A DNA stretch of 64,000 nucleotides from assembly GCA_013265495.1 (NCBI GenBank), contig MU058636.1, positions 5,429,741 to 5,493,740 on the forward strand, given 5' to 3'. Within the stretch, counting starts at the first letter, position 1. Every line of letters starts with the position of its first letter. Source of the stretch: Vicugna vicugna (Eukaryota). The notes under the pieces are model-generated. The model saw nothing but the letters and a program-made list of their open reading frames with translations, made no database searches and had not been told where the DNA came from. Positions 39,800 to 52,320 of this stretch are shown piece after piece. Made by a program: the position numbers and the translations under genes.

Positions 39800-40010
39800 C
39801 TTATATTGAGCATCTAGTATGTGCCAGGCACTGTGTTCTGTATTTAATTGTATTCTCTCTTTATTGCAATAACTCTCAAATAGTGGCCATTATTAGCTCC
39901 ATTTTGGCCGCGGAGAAACTGAAGCTTAGAAATGTTAAGTAACTCGGCCAAGGTCACTCTACTAAGGAGATACAGAGCTGGAGTTCAAATTCAATCTGCA
40001 TGACTCCAAA
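39800..40010 (-). mobile_element. MIR
   Basis: tattgagcatctagtatgtgccaggcactgt...gagaaactgaagcttagaaatgttaagtaactcggccaaggtcac...tgactccaaa. Confidence 0.85.
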
Positions 40011-42413
40011 GGTTTCCAATTGTCCCAAACTATAAATGGAGAAAGTTCAAAATTTGGGTTGGATGGACAGTGTCTCTAGGACATTCTTGACTCCATGACC
40101 AAGAGAAGAGTGTTTCTTAACATTTAATCAGTGTGTTTCAATTATTTGCCCCTAAGAACATGGGTTTCATCATCCTATCAACAGAATAACTCCCGGAAGA
40201 TCACCATAGAAGAAGGCAAGAAACAAAAGCTCGTCTCTCTATGCCTTGTGCTACCATTTCATGAGCTGTTCTAAGCAATTTCAATGGATTGGCAGCCCTG
40301 GCCAGTGATAATACATAAAAATTCAAATGTGGAATTACATCACACTTAATGTTGGGAGCCACAGATGATAAACTCAGTCACTGAAATTGTTTTGCAGTCT
40401 TCTTCAAGATATCCTGTAAGACTGGTTTCTCTTCTTTCTGGCCAAGTTCCGCCCCCCACCCCACCCTTTTCTAGGAAGCCAATAATAAAAATATTTAAGC
40501 AGCTTTATCTGCCTTAGACCTTCCTCCTAAAAGCACAGCAGAAGGAATGGAATACTAATGGTGAGGACAGGAAAGTGCAGGGGAAGGGTGTCAGCAGAAC
40601 CTCCTACCCAAAGAGATGGATGTAGAAGCAAAGGCATTTTGATTAATAAGAAACTGTTACACACAACACTTGCAATGGTTTTTCATTCTCTGTTTTGAGT
40701 AATGCATTTAGCAGGAAACATGTCCTTAAAAGCATTTAGGAGAGATTTGAATCCTCTACTAAGAACTCAAGTCTTCTTTAGATGAGAATGGTTAGACTAC
40801 CGTTATCATTGGACTTGTGAACATTTCTTAGTTCTTACAGTAAGTTTAAGTAGTAAAACTAATTTGGGGGTAGTAAAACCTTCAGAGGAAAATATGATTT
40901 TATGACTATCATATTTTTCCAGTGTGTCATTTGGTGAACAAAAAATGTATGTGAAATGTTATTGTTCACTTATAGAGATTGAAGATTAATCCAAGGTTTT
41001 TGTCATCCATATGTATGATTTTCAAAATTACCAGGAAGAAGAGAGATGGAATACAGGAAGAGATGCCTCCTTCAGCTCAAAATACTGACATGTAAATTAG
41101 TTACTTGGTGACTGTCGAGCTCCCTCACAATCTCCACTCTCCCCTCCACACTGTTTCACCCTAGTGTTTTATCAGAATGTTAGAGAAACAAGGCAATGCA
41201 AATCATTGGCATTTTAGTCAGCTCTGCCTCTTTCAGACCTTTAAAATTGTCAGGATTCCTATGCCTTGTGAGGGAAGTCATTTGACAGTCCAGTCAGACA
41301 TTTTGGATTCCTTTCTATTGATTTCCTTTTTGTAACAGCATTAGTACGTTCTGTAATTTTATGTTATTTTCCAACCACTCCATTTAAATTCCTTTTGATC
41401 CTAAGCTTCTCAGAAAAAGAGAATTTGTGTCTTTTCAAACAATAGTGTATACATTTTCATAGTAATCTGCACGTCTGCCCTGCTGGAGACTGCACTATGC
41501 AACAGTGATTGCTCTGGTCCTGTGTGACTTTACAATGTGGGGATTTGGGCGACACAGTGTGGCTAATTCTCCATGCATTCTGTTGTAGCTTTTTGATATT
41601 CTGTGGCTTTCTCTCAAAAAGCATCATTCATAACACAAACACGAACTTGTGTTTGTGTTATGAGAAAAATACCTTAAAAATATTTGTAGTCTTCCTGTGA
41701 AATTTGGTAAGTTGCTTACACGACTAAACCAAATAGATTTTACTAGTGAAAATTTTCACTTTATTCTGTCATGCTGAGAGAGACTTTATGTAACCAAGGA
41801 CACATTTGGCACTTGAAGTCAGAAATTGACTGAGTCACCTATCAGTGCCCCAGCTTCCGGGAGTCCACTTCCCACATCACCTATAGCCAGGGAGATTTTG
41901 AGACTCCTGAAGAATTTTTTTTCTTATGGGACGGTGACTCCACTTTCCAGCAGTAATGGAATATCACGAATTAGCTGCTGCAATATCAGACCCCTCTGGA
42001 ACTCACCTAGGACTTCAGCTTTATTGTAGGTCAGATCTAGAGCTAAAAACCAAGCATTTCTTTCTTCCAGCCCAGCAGTACCTATCTTGCAGAGTTTTTT
42101 GAAGACTGTTTTTGTCTTATTATAATGATTAACTCAGTCCACATACCTGCTCCTTCAGTTTTCTGACTGACAAATGCACAGGGGCTACTTAATCAAGTTA
42201 GAATTTTCCTTTAGCTGTTAATTCTCATAAAAGATGTCCATCCTGCCTTTCTCCAGTTGATTTTTAAAGTATATAAAGCTGGCCTTGTTTGAAAACAGAA
42301 TACTTGGAATGTCACTCTATAAAATACAATCTCAAGCTATCTACTGCCTACTTCATGCAAGAAATATGTTCAGAGAATTATCTGAATGAACCACAGGCCC
42401 TGCACTTTCTAAA

Positions 42414-42700
42414 TCAGACTTTCCAAACTGTGTTCCCCAGGGAATATTGGTTTTGCAAGATGTCACTTCCTTGTACTCTGTTAAAAATGATTTCATGATG
42501 AAATATGCCAGTTAAACAAAGTTAAATTACTTTCTGCCTGATTTCTCTGAGCCTTTCATAAGCGTGAATTTCCAAGAAGGGAAAGAGGATGCAGTATTTC
42601 CCAAACATAATTAACCACAGAAACATTTTCCTCTTGAATATCTATCTATCCATCCATCCACCCATCCATCCATCTATGTAACTAGAGTTCTGAGAAGCAG
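42414..42700. mobile_element. hAT-Charlie element (MER103-like) containing a (CATC)n tract at 42640-42677
   Basis: ttccaaactgtgttcc...gttaaacaaagttaaa...ctgagccttt...gcagtatttcccaaac. Confidence 0.6.
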
Positions 42701-43227
42701 ACTAGGAGAAATTGTCTTGAAATAGTCTCCATGCTATTTCTATATTAAGCCAGAGGATCAGAGGATTACATACTGAAACTTCTTGTTTTGACTTACCAGC
42801 CCCATTCCCAAATATTCTTACCAAATTATTATTTGTTGTTATGCCCCTGCTTCCACTGTAGAATGCTATAAGAGATTTGCTGTTGAATTCACTGTAGGAA
42901 TGTTTAAAAGCACCATCCACTATGGCTTGTAGTCTCTTCATGGGATCTGTATGAGAAACTGCTCTTGTATATCAAGTCCTTAAGAGAAAATTTTCCTATA
43001 ACAAGTACCAGGGAAAATTCTCTCAAAGAGCAAGTTACAGGGAAACATACCATGTGCTGGTGTATTTTCACCTTATGGGCACGGCAAATCTTCCCTGATT
43101 ACGTTTTCCTCTTTGCTTAGATTAGGCAGGCTCAAGCTGTATCTGCAGCCCACTTTTAATAATTAATCAGGGCCTTATGTTATAAATTTTTATATAACAT
43201 CTCCCCCTAGTTTCATCTTATTAACTA

Positions 43228-43295
43228 CAGTTTTCTTCTCACCAGATTTATCTTTTTAAAGTCAGTTTTCTTCTCACCAGATTTATCTTTTTAAA
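43228..43295 (+). repeat. Perfect 33-bp tandem duplication (period 35)
   Basis: cagttttcttctcaccagatttatctttttaaa at 43228-43260 and 43263-43295. Confidence 0.95.
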
Positions 43296-45027
43296 CTCAG
43301 TTGTATCTTCTCTAAACTCTCTCAAAGTCTTTAGATAGTGAAGTAAAATGTAAATTAATATATAATGTCTTTACCCACACTAAAATTATATTCAGATTAC
43401 CCCTGAGGAGACAGAAAACGACTTTTACATGATCCTTATTTCATTCAAATATCTGGTGTTTAATGCATGGTTATCTTCTTGTATCTTCTTCCCTAGTCTG
43501 AGCACTGCATTCTCACAACTAATGAAATGCCAAGACAGAGCACATCCCCAGTAATGACCTGTTTTCATTAAATTTCCGCCCACTTATTTCTCTTTATATA
43601 AGAAGTTTACTAAAACCCACTTGTCATTTTCTCTTTTTAAATTTGCTCAGGCCACCAACTGATATTGCTCAGACCACTAGCAGCGGCTTTTTTTTCCCTA
43701 ACTCATGCTTCTAAATCTGCCATGATTAGGCTGCTAAGGAAATGAAAAATCTTGTTTTATTATAAGAGTTGACCAGTGTCCAGAATATACTAAGAATTAC
43801 AGCACTGATTATAGTTAGGGAAAGATATGAAAAAAAGAATCTATATTAATTTAACCTAATGCCACAGAATCCAAATTTGGCAATTTTCTGCATCTGGGAT
43901 GTGTGTTTATAAAATCAGAGGTACTAAAATCAGTGAAGTGCAGCTACGAAAGTCAAAATTTGGTTAAAAGTTAAACTCTTAAGTTTTATACATGGACAAA
44001 CATATTGTTCTTTACTTATTTCCTTCTAGTACTTATTTCTTGACTGCTCATATTTTTACTATGTGATAATTTAAAAAATGTTATTCAAAGTTAGTTGACT
44101 TAATTCCCTTAACAGATTTTCCTGTAACTTCTGGTTAAACAGTATCCTTTTTGTACAGGCCCTTCAGTGACCAGCACTGAATAGAAAGGGGCTCTGATTC
44201 ATGAAATGTGAATTTCTGACAGTTGTCACTTTTTTTTAAAGAAACTTGAGCAATCCATGACTGATGCATTCCCACCCAATGTTCTGTGTTCCATCTGTCT
44301 TTCTGCCAGTGTATTCCCCTCCATTTCTGAAAGTAGTCGAGTAGGAGAATGCTAAGTATAGAGAAAGGGTAATTCCAAAAGAACAAATGATTGTTTAATT
44401 TCAGCTGATGCTGCCCAGTTGGTGGGGATCTCCTCCACCAGAGATGACTGATGCCACTTCTTAGGCTGGGCAAATCCCCAAGATGCAATTTGACTTGATG
44501 GAGGAATGAGAGAGAATACATCACTCACACCCATTTCCATTCCCTGGGGACATTAAAAAAGAAAAAAGGGAGTTTATTCCAGTCTACTTGAGTTCAACTA
44601 TCTTGAAAAATAGTCTCAGATAAAAAGTCAATGCAAGTGCAAGTCCAACTTTCACTAATCCCCTTAGTAGTGAAATTTTCTGCATTCGGCATTTTCTATC
44701 AAGAAAAACGGTCTTTTGTGAGAATGTGGATACACCTACGTGGACACTCTCTGACCCCTACGGTCCTCACAATAGCCCAGGTGTCGCAATAGCTCCATTC
44801 TACAGTCCAGGACTCCTGAGAAAGACAGGTTTTTATAAGTTACTTTATAATTATAGGTCATACTGACATTTAAATAGTGCACAAGACTGGACATCCTAAC
44901 GTTCCTATTAAATTGATAATGAGAGCATTAAACAGGTATCAAAGAAGCATGTCTCGTTAGATGTTGAATGATATGTTAAGGAAAATGTAAATAAGAATCA
45001 TCTCTCTCTTAAAGTAATACGTGTGGT

Positions 45028-45180
45028 CACAGAATCCTAGAATTTGAATACTGGAAACTTCACATTTACTTAATCCAAACTTTTCATTTTATGGAAGAAG
45101 AAAAGGATGCTCAGAGAAGCTGTGACTTACCCCAGGTCACACAATTAGTTAGCATCAGAAGTAGAACTAAACTGATTTCC
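45028..45180 (-). mobile_element. MIR3/MIRc-type SINE
   Basis: aatccaaacttttcattttatggaagaagaaa...gctcagagaagctgtgacttaccccaggtcacacaattagttag. Confidence 0.7.
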
Positions 45181-46669
45181 ACTTTACCATTCCCTTGACA
45201 AGATGTAGAAAAAGTATAAGCAACTGATTTATTCCACATTAGATAGCTCCTCTGTTTCTTTTTCAGCTTCTGTTACTTTAGATTTAAATTCCCCTGCTTT
45301 TCACTCTTGTTCAAGGAGATATTGACTTAACTACAGAGAGACCTTAAGAACCAGAGTAAGCAATCATTGCCCGACCATCTCATTTTCCCATCAACAAATG
45401 AATGCCCAGTGAAGTTCCGAAACTTGCCACAGTAGAAGGATGAGAGAGTGTCTAAATAGAGCCTGCCTCCCTGTCTCCTTTTTTTCCCTATAGTTCAGTG
45501 GACTTTATTGCAATCTGGTCCATATCATGCTGTTTAAAGCATTTAAAATACTTTAAAAAAAAAGTTTAATAGCATGATGAACTCTTTCACAAAGCAAGCA
45601 ATCACATTTATGTATCTGCCTAGATTTAGATTTTCCAAATAGCATATGTGTGTGTATAAAGACATTAAACATGGTGCACATGTAGCCAATAAACTACAGC
45701 CATCTAATAATGACACAAGATCCCAATTCTCCCCTCCCATGGCCTAACATGCTCTTCCTCCACCTCCTCAGCATCCTCCCTCTTGTCCATTCCAAGTGTC
45801 CGCCTATGAGGGAAATAAGGACCGTTATTATTTCCATTCTCTCTCCCTATAACAATTTCCCCATTGATTCAGCAAGATTGTGGGGTAAGGATTACAGGCA
45901 GTATGACTTACGTGATAAACTTTCACTCTGCAAAACACTACTCTGTTTTAAAGATCGCTTTTCTTTTTAACCCGACTTCAACTCCAGAACTAAAAAGAAG
46001 GCATGTATATTTTGGAGTGTACCCTAAGATGAGCAAGTTTAGATTCATCCAGGGTTTGAGCAACTAATTCTGATCCTATGCATCATCAAAGATTCCTTTA
46101 TTTCTCCTCCTTGTTTTTCCTGCCCATGAGTGGATCTGCTGTTTAATCATGTCCATGTCATTCAATGATTATCTCACTGTAATGAGGTCAGTGGGGAGCA
46201 ACTTACTCTTGTTTGCACTGTTCCCAACAGCCATGAAAGATTTTAAATAATGATGCCCCCAAATTATATTAATATAATACTAAGTCTTCCCTGAAAGATC
46301 TATAGCAGAGTAATGCAAACAATTTTACTGATGTGGCTGTCATTTCAAGATACCCATATGTGAACTACAAAAAATAATGGTGTTATTAATTTAATATGCA
46401 CTTGATAAGCTTTAACTGAATGATTATAGGGCATTAGTAAAATAACCTGCCATCGTGCAGTACTGGGTACTAACTGTTCAAAGAAGGTAAGACACATAGC
46501 ATTTTGCTTCCACTAGACAACCAAGAACCTGACCAGAAATCTCACAGTGAGTGACTGATTCCGATTCTGTAATATGGTTCATTGCTGTATCCTAAGCAGA
46601 AAAGACTGAAATGTCCTTGGCACGTTATACAATCCAAAAGGCAGCCACAGGTTCAGCAGGTTAATGCTC

Positions 46670-46905
46670 ATGTGGAAAGCAGTTGAGAGCACCACTGAGC
46701 ATCGTCTCCAGAGCTCTAGTCAAATACCAGCTCCCACTACGTCACCGTGGAGAAGTTACGTGAACTCTACGTACTTCTGTTTCCTCACCTTTAAAATGGG
46801 TATTATAATAGTACTTACCTACAAGAATTTATTTTTTGAGGACAAAATAAATTGAAATATATATAAAGCTCAGAGCAGTGCAGGATACATTGTAAATGCT
46901 CAATC
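46670..46905 (+). mobile_element. MIR
   Basis: ctgtttcctcacctttaaaatgggtattataatagtacttacc...aaagctcagagcagtgc...gtaaatgctcaat. Confidence 0.8.
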
Positions 46906-48748
46906 TTCTCTACTTTTACTGTAAACTGATCTACTCATACAGTAAACCCAGTAAAATCATTTTGCTTCTGCCTTCTCAATGTCTTATAATACAATTGTCT
47001 GATGTTAACAAATACTGAGTTCCTAATCACTGGACTATGGGAATTCTTTCATGCTCCCCTGTGATCCTAATTGTCACTTAAGTTTTAGGCATTCACTGGC
47101 TTCAAATATTCTGTTGCCCAATACAAAAAGTGAGAATGCTCAAATTTTCTAATTAAGCAGAATGAAACATAGACACAGAGTTCATTCTCAGCGGTCATGC
47201 ATGTGTTCATAACTTCAAGTCTTCAATGGAAAAATAACCTTCGTTCCAAAAAAGAACATAAATAATTTTTAATGAAATCAACTACTATAAATTCATTTAA
47301 GAAGATTTACAAAGATATTTCATAGTATTTATACACAATATTTCTAACATAATACACTTGATATGCGTGCTGAGGAACATTTACAGAGCGCAGATTATAC
47401 ATCATCATCAAACATTTATCAAGCCCCTCTGTCCATAATGATGATGGCATCCAGTAAAACACCATTGCCAGAAATCTCTAAAACAAAAACGGAGCCGATT
47501 TTTATTCTAAGCCTGAAGTATTTTTAAATCAAGGCACAGGGAAATAATTACTTTTGTTTCTATTCAATCAAGACCTGCACACAGAGTTTATGGAATGACA
47601 TAATATCCTTCCTGAAATCAGACCGGTATGTAGGACCAGTATCCTTCACACATGACCAGTTCCTGAACCTTTAAAAACAAATCCTAATTTCCAAGGAAAC
47701 AATCTCATCAAATGCCGCTCACTAGAATACATATTGTTCATTTTGGAAACAGTACAATAAGATTTTCATGATTACAAACTCCAACTTCCCCTCCAAAATT
47801 CAATATAACCTTAAACTTATTTAAGTGGAAATTGTATTTTTATAATGGCTCTAGAAAAATCCTGGTCAGCTTATGTATCACCAATACGATAATTTAGTTA
47901 TTTAGTTAGTCTGGGAGGGGGTGGTTATAAACTCTCTAAATTTATTGTGTACATGTAGGTATGTGTGTATGTCTCTTAAATGGGCATCAGTTAGTGATTT
48001 CTTATGACTGTTCATCTTTCTAGTTCTTACAGATCTATCCTAAGGAGCATGTTTTAAACTTTTCTTGAATAATGATGAGGTTTAGTGATGGTTTCCTCGC
48101 CCCAAGAATAAAAAGGAACATCTAGCAACTTGCAATCAATATCCTCCTCCCTTACAAAGCTGGTGCTTCTGTCACAAGATTTGTTATCCTTTACCAGGAA
48201 AACAATTTCATATTTCAAATCAGTGGCAACTATTGACATAAACATACAAATAGGCAGAGAATGCGATTCTGGTTGTCAGCCCAAGGGCCTTAAGAACAGA
48301 ATTTTAACTTTTCCCTGTCACTTGAGAGTGTTCCAAAGAATCTGGGCAGGGTGGAAGTTAGTCTCCACCCTCCCCACCTAATTAAATAAACAAATGTCCA
48401 AGCTTTAAATGTGACAGAGTGTGAGGAACCTGCAGAAAAAGCTCCTAAAATACACACTGAGGAAACCTGTCTCATTTGCTCTGTAGACAGACGTAAGTTT
48501 TGGAAATTTATGATTCACCGTCCCACCATGAAGTTTTTTTGTGGACTTAATGTTGAGTTATGTGGCAGCTAAGTGCTGTCACTGTTTGCTTAAAACTGCA
48601 GCCTGAAGTTATTTCTGAAAGTTACATGCAACGTGGCAAAGAAATCCATACATCAAAGTGGAAACAATACTTTTAACAACTGGGTTAGCATGAAAGAGAG
48701 CCAACAGAAATCAGAATTAGCAACAGCCTTCCACTACCAGCGACTCAC

Positions 48749-48917
48749 CTTGTTGAATTTTAGTCACTAGCTGATGGCGTGCTAGAATCCGGCTCATCCT
48801 GTAAGGAGAGCGTCTCGTAGTCTGATCAAATCGCAAATACATCTCCTGGCCCTCAGGTGTCATGGCATTTAGATAGTAGCAGCCTGAAGCTGGGGTCCTG
48901 GGTCCCTGACTGAACAT
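48749..48917 (-). CDS. STARD13: STARD13 (DLC2) first coding exon, alpha-type isoform; 169 nt (56 codons + 1 nt, phase-1 intron)
   Basis: Translation MFSQGPRTPASGCYYLNAMTPEGQEMYLRFDQTTRRSPYRMSRILARHQLVTKIQQ matches the N-terminus I recall for human STARD13 (continues EIEAKEACDWL into the SAM domain). ATG at 48917 in GCCGGGATG context, in-frame upstream TGA at 48942-48944, donor CAAG|GTGAGT at 48749/48748. Confidence 0.95.
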
Positions 48918-49230
48918 CCCGGCAGATTTTCTTTTGCCACCTCAGTCTGCCCTGTGGCTGTTTCCGTCTGCCTCCAGTCTCAGTCACAGAGCGAGACACC
49001 CAGCCCAGCAGAGCTCAACAGACCCAGCGATTTTTAAAAAGAAAAAGGAGTGCCAAGAGCCACAACTCAGAATTCCACCCCCGGTCCCTCACGTGACCTC
49101 CTGGAGCCAATCAGAGGAAGACAGGACATGGGACTGTGCACAGCCGGCCCCGAGCCCCGAAGGGAGGCAGTTCCAGCGGGAAGCAGACGCCAGCGTTGCC
49201 CTGCCTCCGGGCTGACGAAGCACCAAGAAG
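48918..49230 (-). promoter_or_regulatory. STARD13: 5'UTR and proximal promoter of the STARD13 alpha exon
   Basis: TATA-like TTTTTAAAAA 49031-49040; TCACGTGACC (USF/MiT-type E-box) 49089-49098; AGCCAATCAG (NF-Y CCAAT) 49105-49114; local CpG enrichment; no upstream ATG in 48918-49030. TSS inferred at about 49000-49010. Confidence 0.7.
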
Positions 49231-51038
49231 CAGCACTCACTAAAAGAGTTCAAAAGAAAAGAGAGAGGGAAGAGAAAACGCAGCAGCAGAAAAACAAGCC
49301 CTGGGCACAGGAAATCTTTCTGGCTGTAAACGTTGGAGAAAGCACATCTGCTTCCTCCAAGGCAGCTGCAGCCAGGTAAAAGATGGCTGTGATAACTATC
49401 TGAAGCCAGAGCTACTTCAAATCAGCATAAACAGCTGACTATAAGTTACCAACTTTCATTACAAAGAAATGAACAAATAAAGCTTTTCCAGTGAAAAGTA
49501 AACTTCGAATGCTTTAACGCCCTGAGTAAATACACTCGAGGCCCCTGACTCTGCATGGGAGGTTGAGAGCCCTTACAGATGAGACTGGCAGAGGCAGGGC
49601 ATACGTGCATTTGTTAAGTGTCTATTCTCCTTTAAATTTTCGACTTCCCCAACTTTTAATCACCCAGAGGCAAAATACCTACGAAGTCCCTATCACTCTG
49701 AAGACACTGCCAGGACTCATTGTAAAGATGCAGATTCATGCATAGCAGCTGTTGCCAAGCTGCTTAGGATCAATAGGGAAGTTATGCAAAAGTGAATAAC
49801 AAGCTTTATGTGAAAGGTGCCTCAAGGAAGTCACAAGGGCAGTATCAGAGGAAGCTGTATTGTTTTTGACTGGGAGAGCAAGAGCTGCCCACACAGAGAA
49901 AGAGACATTTGGGTGGGTTTTTAAAAAATGGGTGGGATTCTGACTGGCAGAGGCTGGGGAGGGCTTTGCAGGAGGGTCTGTACCCACCTGCGCAGCGATC
50001 AGGAACCAGAGGATATTTAAGGAAACAGAATTCCACTTGGCCATATCTGAGTATACATATGGGAGTAATTAGCATTTTCCCCCTATTTTCCCTTTTTAAT
50101 GTTGTTTGATGTGAAGAGAAAAGAATCCATAGGAAAACATGTTATCAAATTCTGAGCCTGGGGGCTGAAGGAATAAAGTTCTTTGAAAAAGAGGCATCAG
50201 GCCAAGTTGCTCTTATATTTGGCTGACTCAAACTGAAACATAGCCTGGCCTAGGATTTAGAGTCCTAATAATGAAAAACTCACAACTGCAAGTTCAACAG
50301 GACTTAAGTTAGGACCTCGAATCTTGTTGCTGTGGCTGAGGGTGGTTAGCCCTAACATCTTTCCCTGTGGGAATTTTTGCAATTATGAGAAGCAGCTCAT
50401 GTCATGTAAATATCTTACTAGGTAATTGAACACATTAATAAAGGTCCCTGGGGCCTACATTGGAATACACTCTCTCTCGTGGCATTTGTGAGTCTCTTCT
50501 GACAACTATGGAAGAGTAAGTAAGGGTCAGTCAGGTTTTCAAGTCAGCACTCATGCTGGAAAGGAAGCTCTCATTGGGTCACATTGTTCCTCTTCCATTC
50601 TTATTTAGGATTTGATCAGAGTTTTTCTATTTCAGGGCATCTTTTGTGGAGGGTGAAAGGGCTCTAAGACCTAGCGACTCTGGTATGCCAGAAGCATGGG
50701 CATTAATGGCAGACAGGGCTAGCAGTCCATGGCAGCACCGGCTACTGGCGAGGTCTGCTCTGCAAACTCAGATTCAGCACTGGCTGCCATCTGATGGAGA
50801 TGCTAATGTCAGCCACCTGGTGCACATACTTTGGGTTTGATAGTCCGAAGTTAGGTATGTCCCCGCAGGAAACACCTGGCAGTTACCACTTTTTCAATGG
50901 GAGAGTAGAGAGAGAAGAGTAGAACATGGAACTTGGGAATTTTGGATACATTCTGGGAAGCCAAGCAAAGGGAAGGAAAAGGCAAGGAATGATACACAGT
51001 TGCTGTCCAGCTGTGAATAACAAAGACTGGCCATCGTC

Positions 51039-51120
51039 TATGCCGACCTTGTAGTTCAACACTGACTTGGCTGCATTTCTATATGCCAACCTTGTAGTTC
51101 AACACTGACTTGCTGCATTT
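51039..51120 (+). repeat. Tandem duplication, 2 copies, period 43
   Basis: tatgccgaccttgtagttcaacactgacttggctgcattt and tatgccaaccttgtagttcaacactgacttgctgcattt. Confidence 0.95.
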
Positions 51121-52129
51121 TAAAAATAAATGGAATGATTCTTCCTGAGAAGCACTGCAGTATATTATGGCCAGGTTTCTATTAGAAAAAAATTCACAAT
51201 GCCTCCTTTTTGCACAATAATGAACACATGAACATGTTGAAAGTCTTGAGACATTTTGTTGTGAAAACATCAAGATCAGAAATTTGTACTCTTTGACATA
51301 TATAAATAGATAAAACAATGTGAAACATAGTATTTCATAGGAGATAATCAATGAACAACAAGAATTCAATGTAAATTAGGGAGGAAAAGAATTTGTGTTC
51401 CCTGATTAAGAAAGACAACTTAGAATGAAGCCTGATTTTTCTAAAAATCAGTCTGCTTTTTAATAAAGGGAACTATGAAGGTTCATGTACCAACATCTCT
51501 GTCTTTCCTTGGTCATGTCCAATTTTTATTTTATGGTTCAACTTGTATCTATAAATCCATGGAACAGTTACCATGTTTTTGTCACTTGGGGTCCAAAATA
51601 ACCAGGTTTAAAGCAGACAGGTAACATTATTTTCTCATTAGCGTCATTAATGCCTTGCTTTGTACTACTGTGTTGCTGTGAAACCTGAGCCCTTTTAATG
51701 AATTTTTTTTCATCACTTGTTCCCAGTGTTAGAAGAATTACCACTGGGGGCGGCGGGGCAGTTCTGTTCTGCTTGTTGTAAATGTAAAACCGAGAAACTC
51801 TTGATAATCTTCCCTGGGCTGATAATGTCCTCCATGCATCTCGTGCAGAGAATTCTTCCTCTTCACTGGTGAGTGAGGCCGAAGGAATCAGAGAGAGAGA
51901 GATTGCGGAAAACCCAGGACTGATGCTGGATTTCTTCCTTTCCAATTATTTCAAAAATGAGGAAAATGGATGGTACGAGTTTTAACTTTTCGCCTACTTT
52001 TTCTCTTTCCTAATTTGATCATCAGCAGCAATCTTCACTCAGGCTATTTCAGGGATGGGACAAACAGATGAATATTAGGAACCAACAAGAACAATAAACA
52101 GGGGAATGGAAAAGGGAGAGTGGCTAACA

Positions 52130-52320
52130 GTGCTGTAACCCACTGTAGGCTAAGCCTCATGCTATTTACATTGTCACGTAACTTTAATTAATCTCCATGG
52201 CAACCCCATGTGCCATCCTATTTTGTGGAAAAGGAAATCAAGACTCCCAGAGGTGAAATAATGACCAAATATAGAGCCTCTGTTTACCTCCAAACTGATG
52301 ATATTTTAACTCTTTCCACC
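52130..52320 (-). mobile_element. MIR
   Basis: tttaattaatctccatggcaaccccatg...cctattttgtggaaaaggaaatcaagactcccagaggtgaaat. Confidence 0.55.

Larger units (their letters stand above)
1..48748 (-). other. STARD13: STARD13 intron following the alpha first exon (continues beyond the window start)
   Basis: Begins with GTGAGT; I found no exon encoding EIEAKEACDWL... in the window. Confidence 0.8.

Noticed and set aside
48717..48748. C-terminal GESLVVEGCC of the 66-aa ORF
   Set aside because: Read-through past the GTGAGT donor into the intron; not part of STARD13.
30675..51120. Short tandem repeats as possible CRISPR-like arrays
   Set aside because: Only 2-3 adjacent copies, no unique spacers, eukaryotic context.
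51568..51945. 125-aa minus-strand ORF upstream of STARD13 as a possible extra exon
   Set aside because: No similarity to STARD13 isoforms I know, non-ATG start and no convincing splice support.
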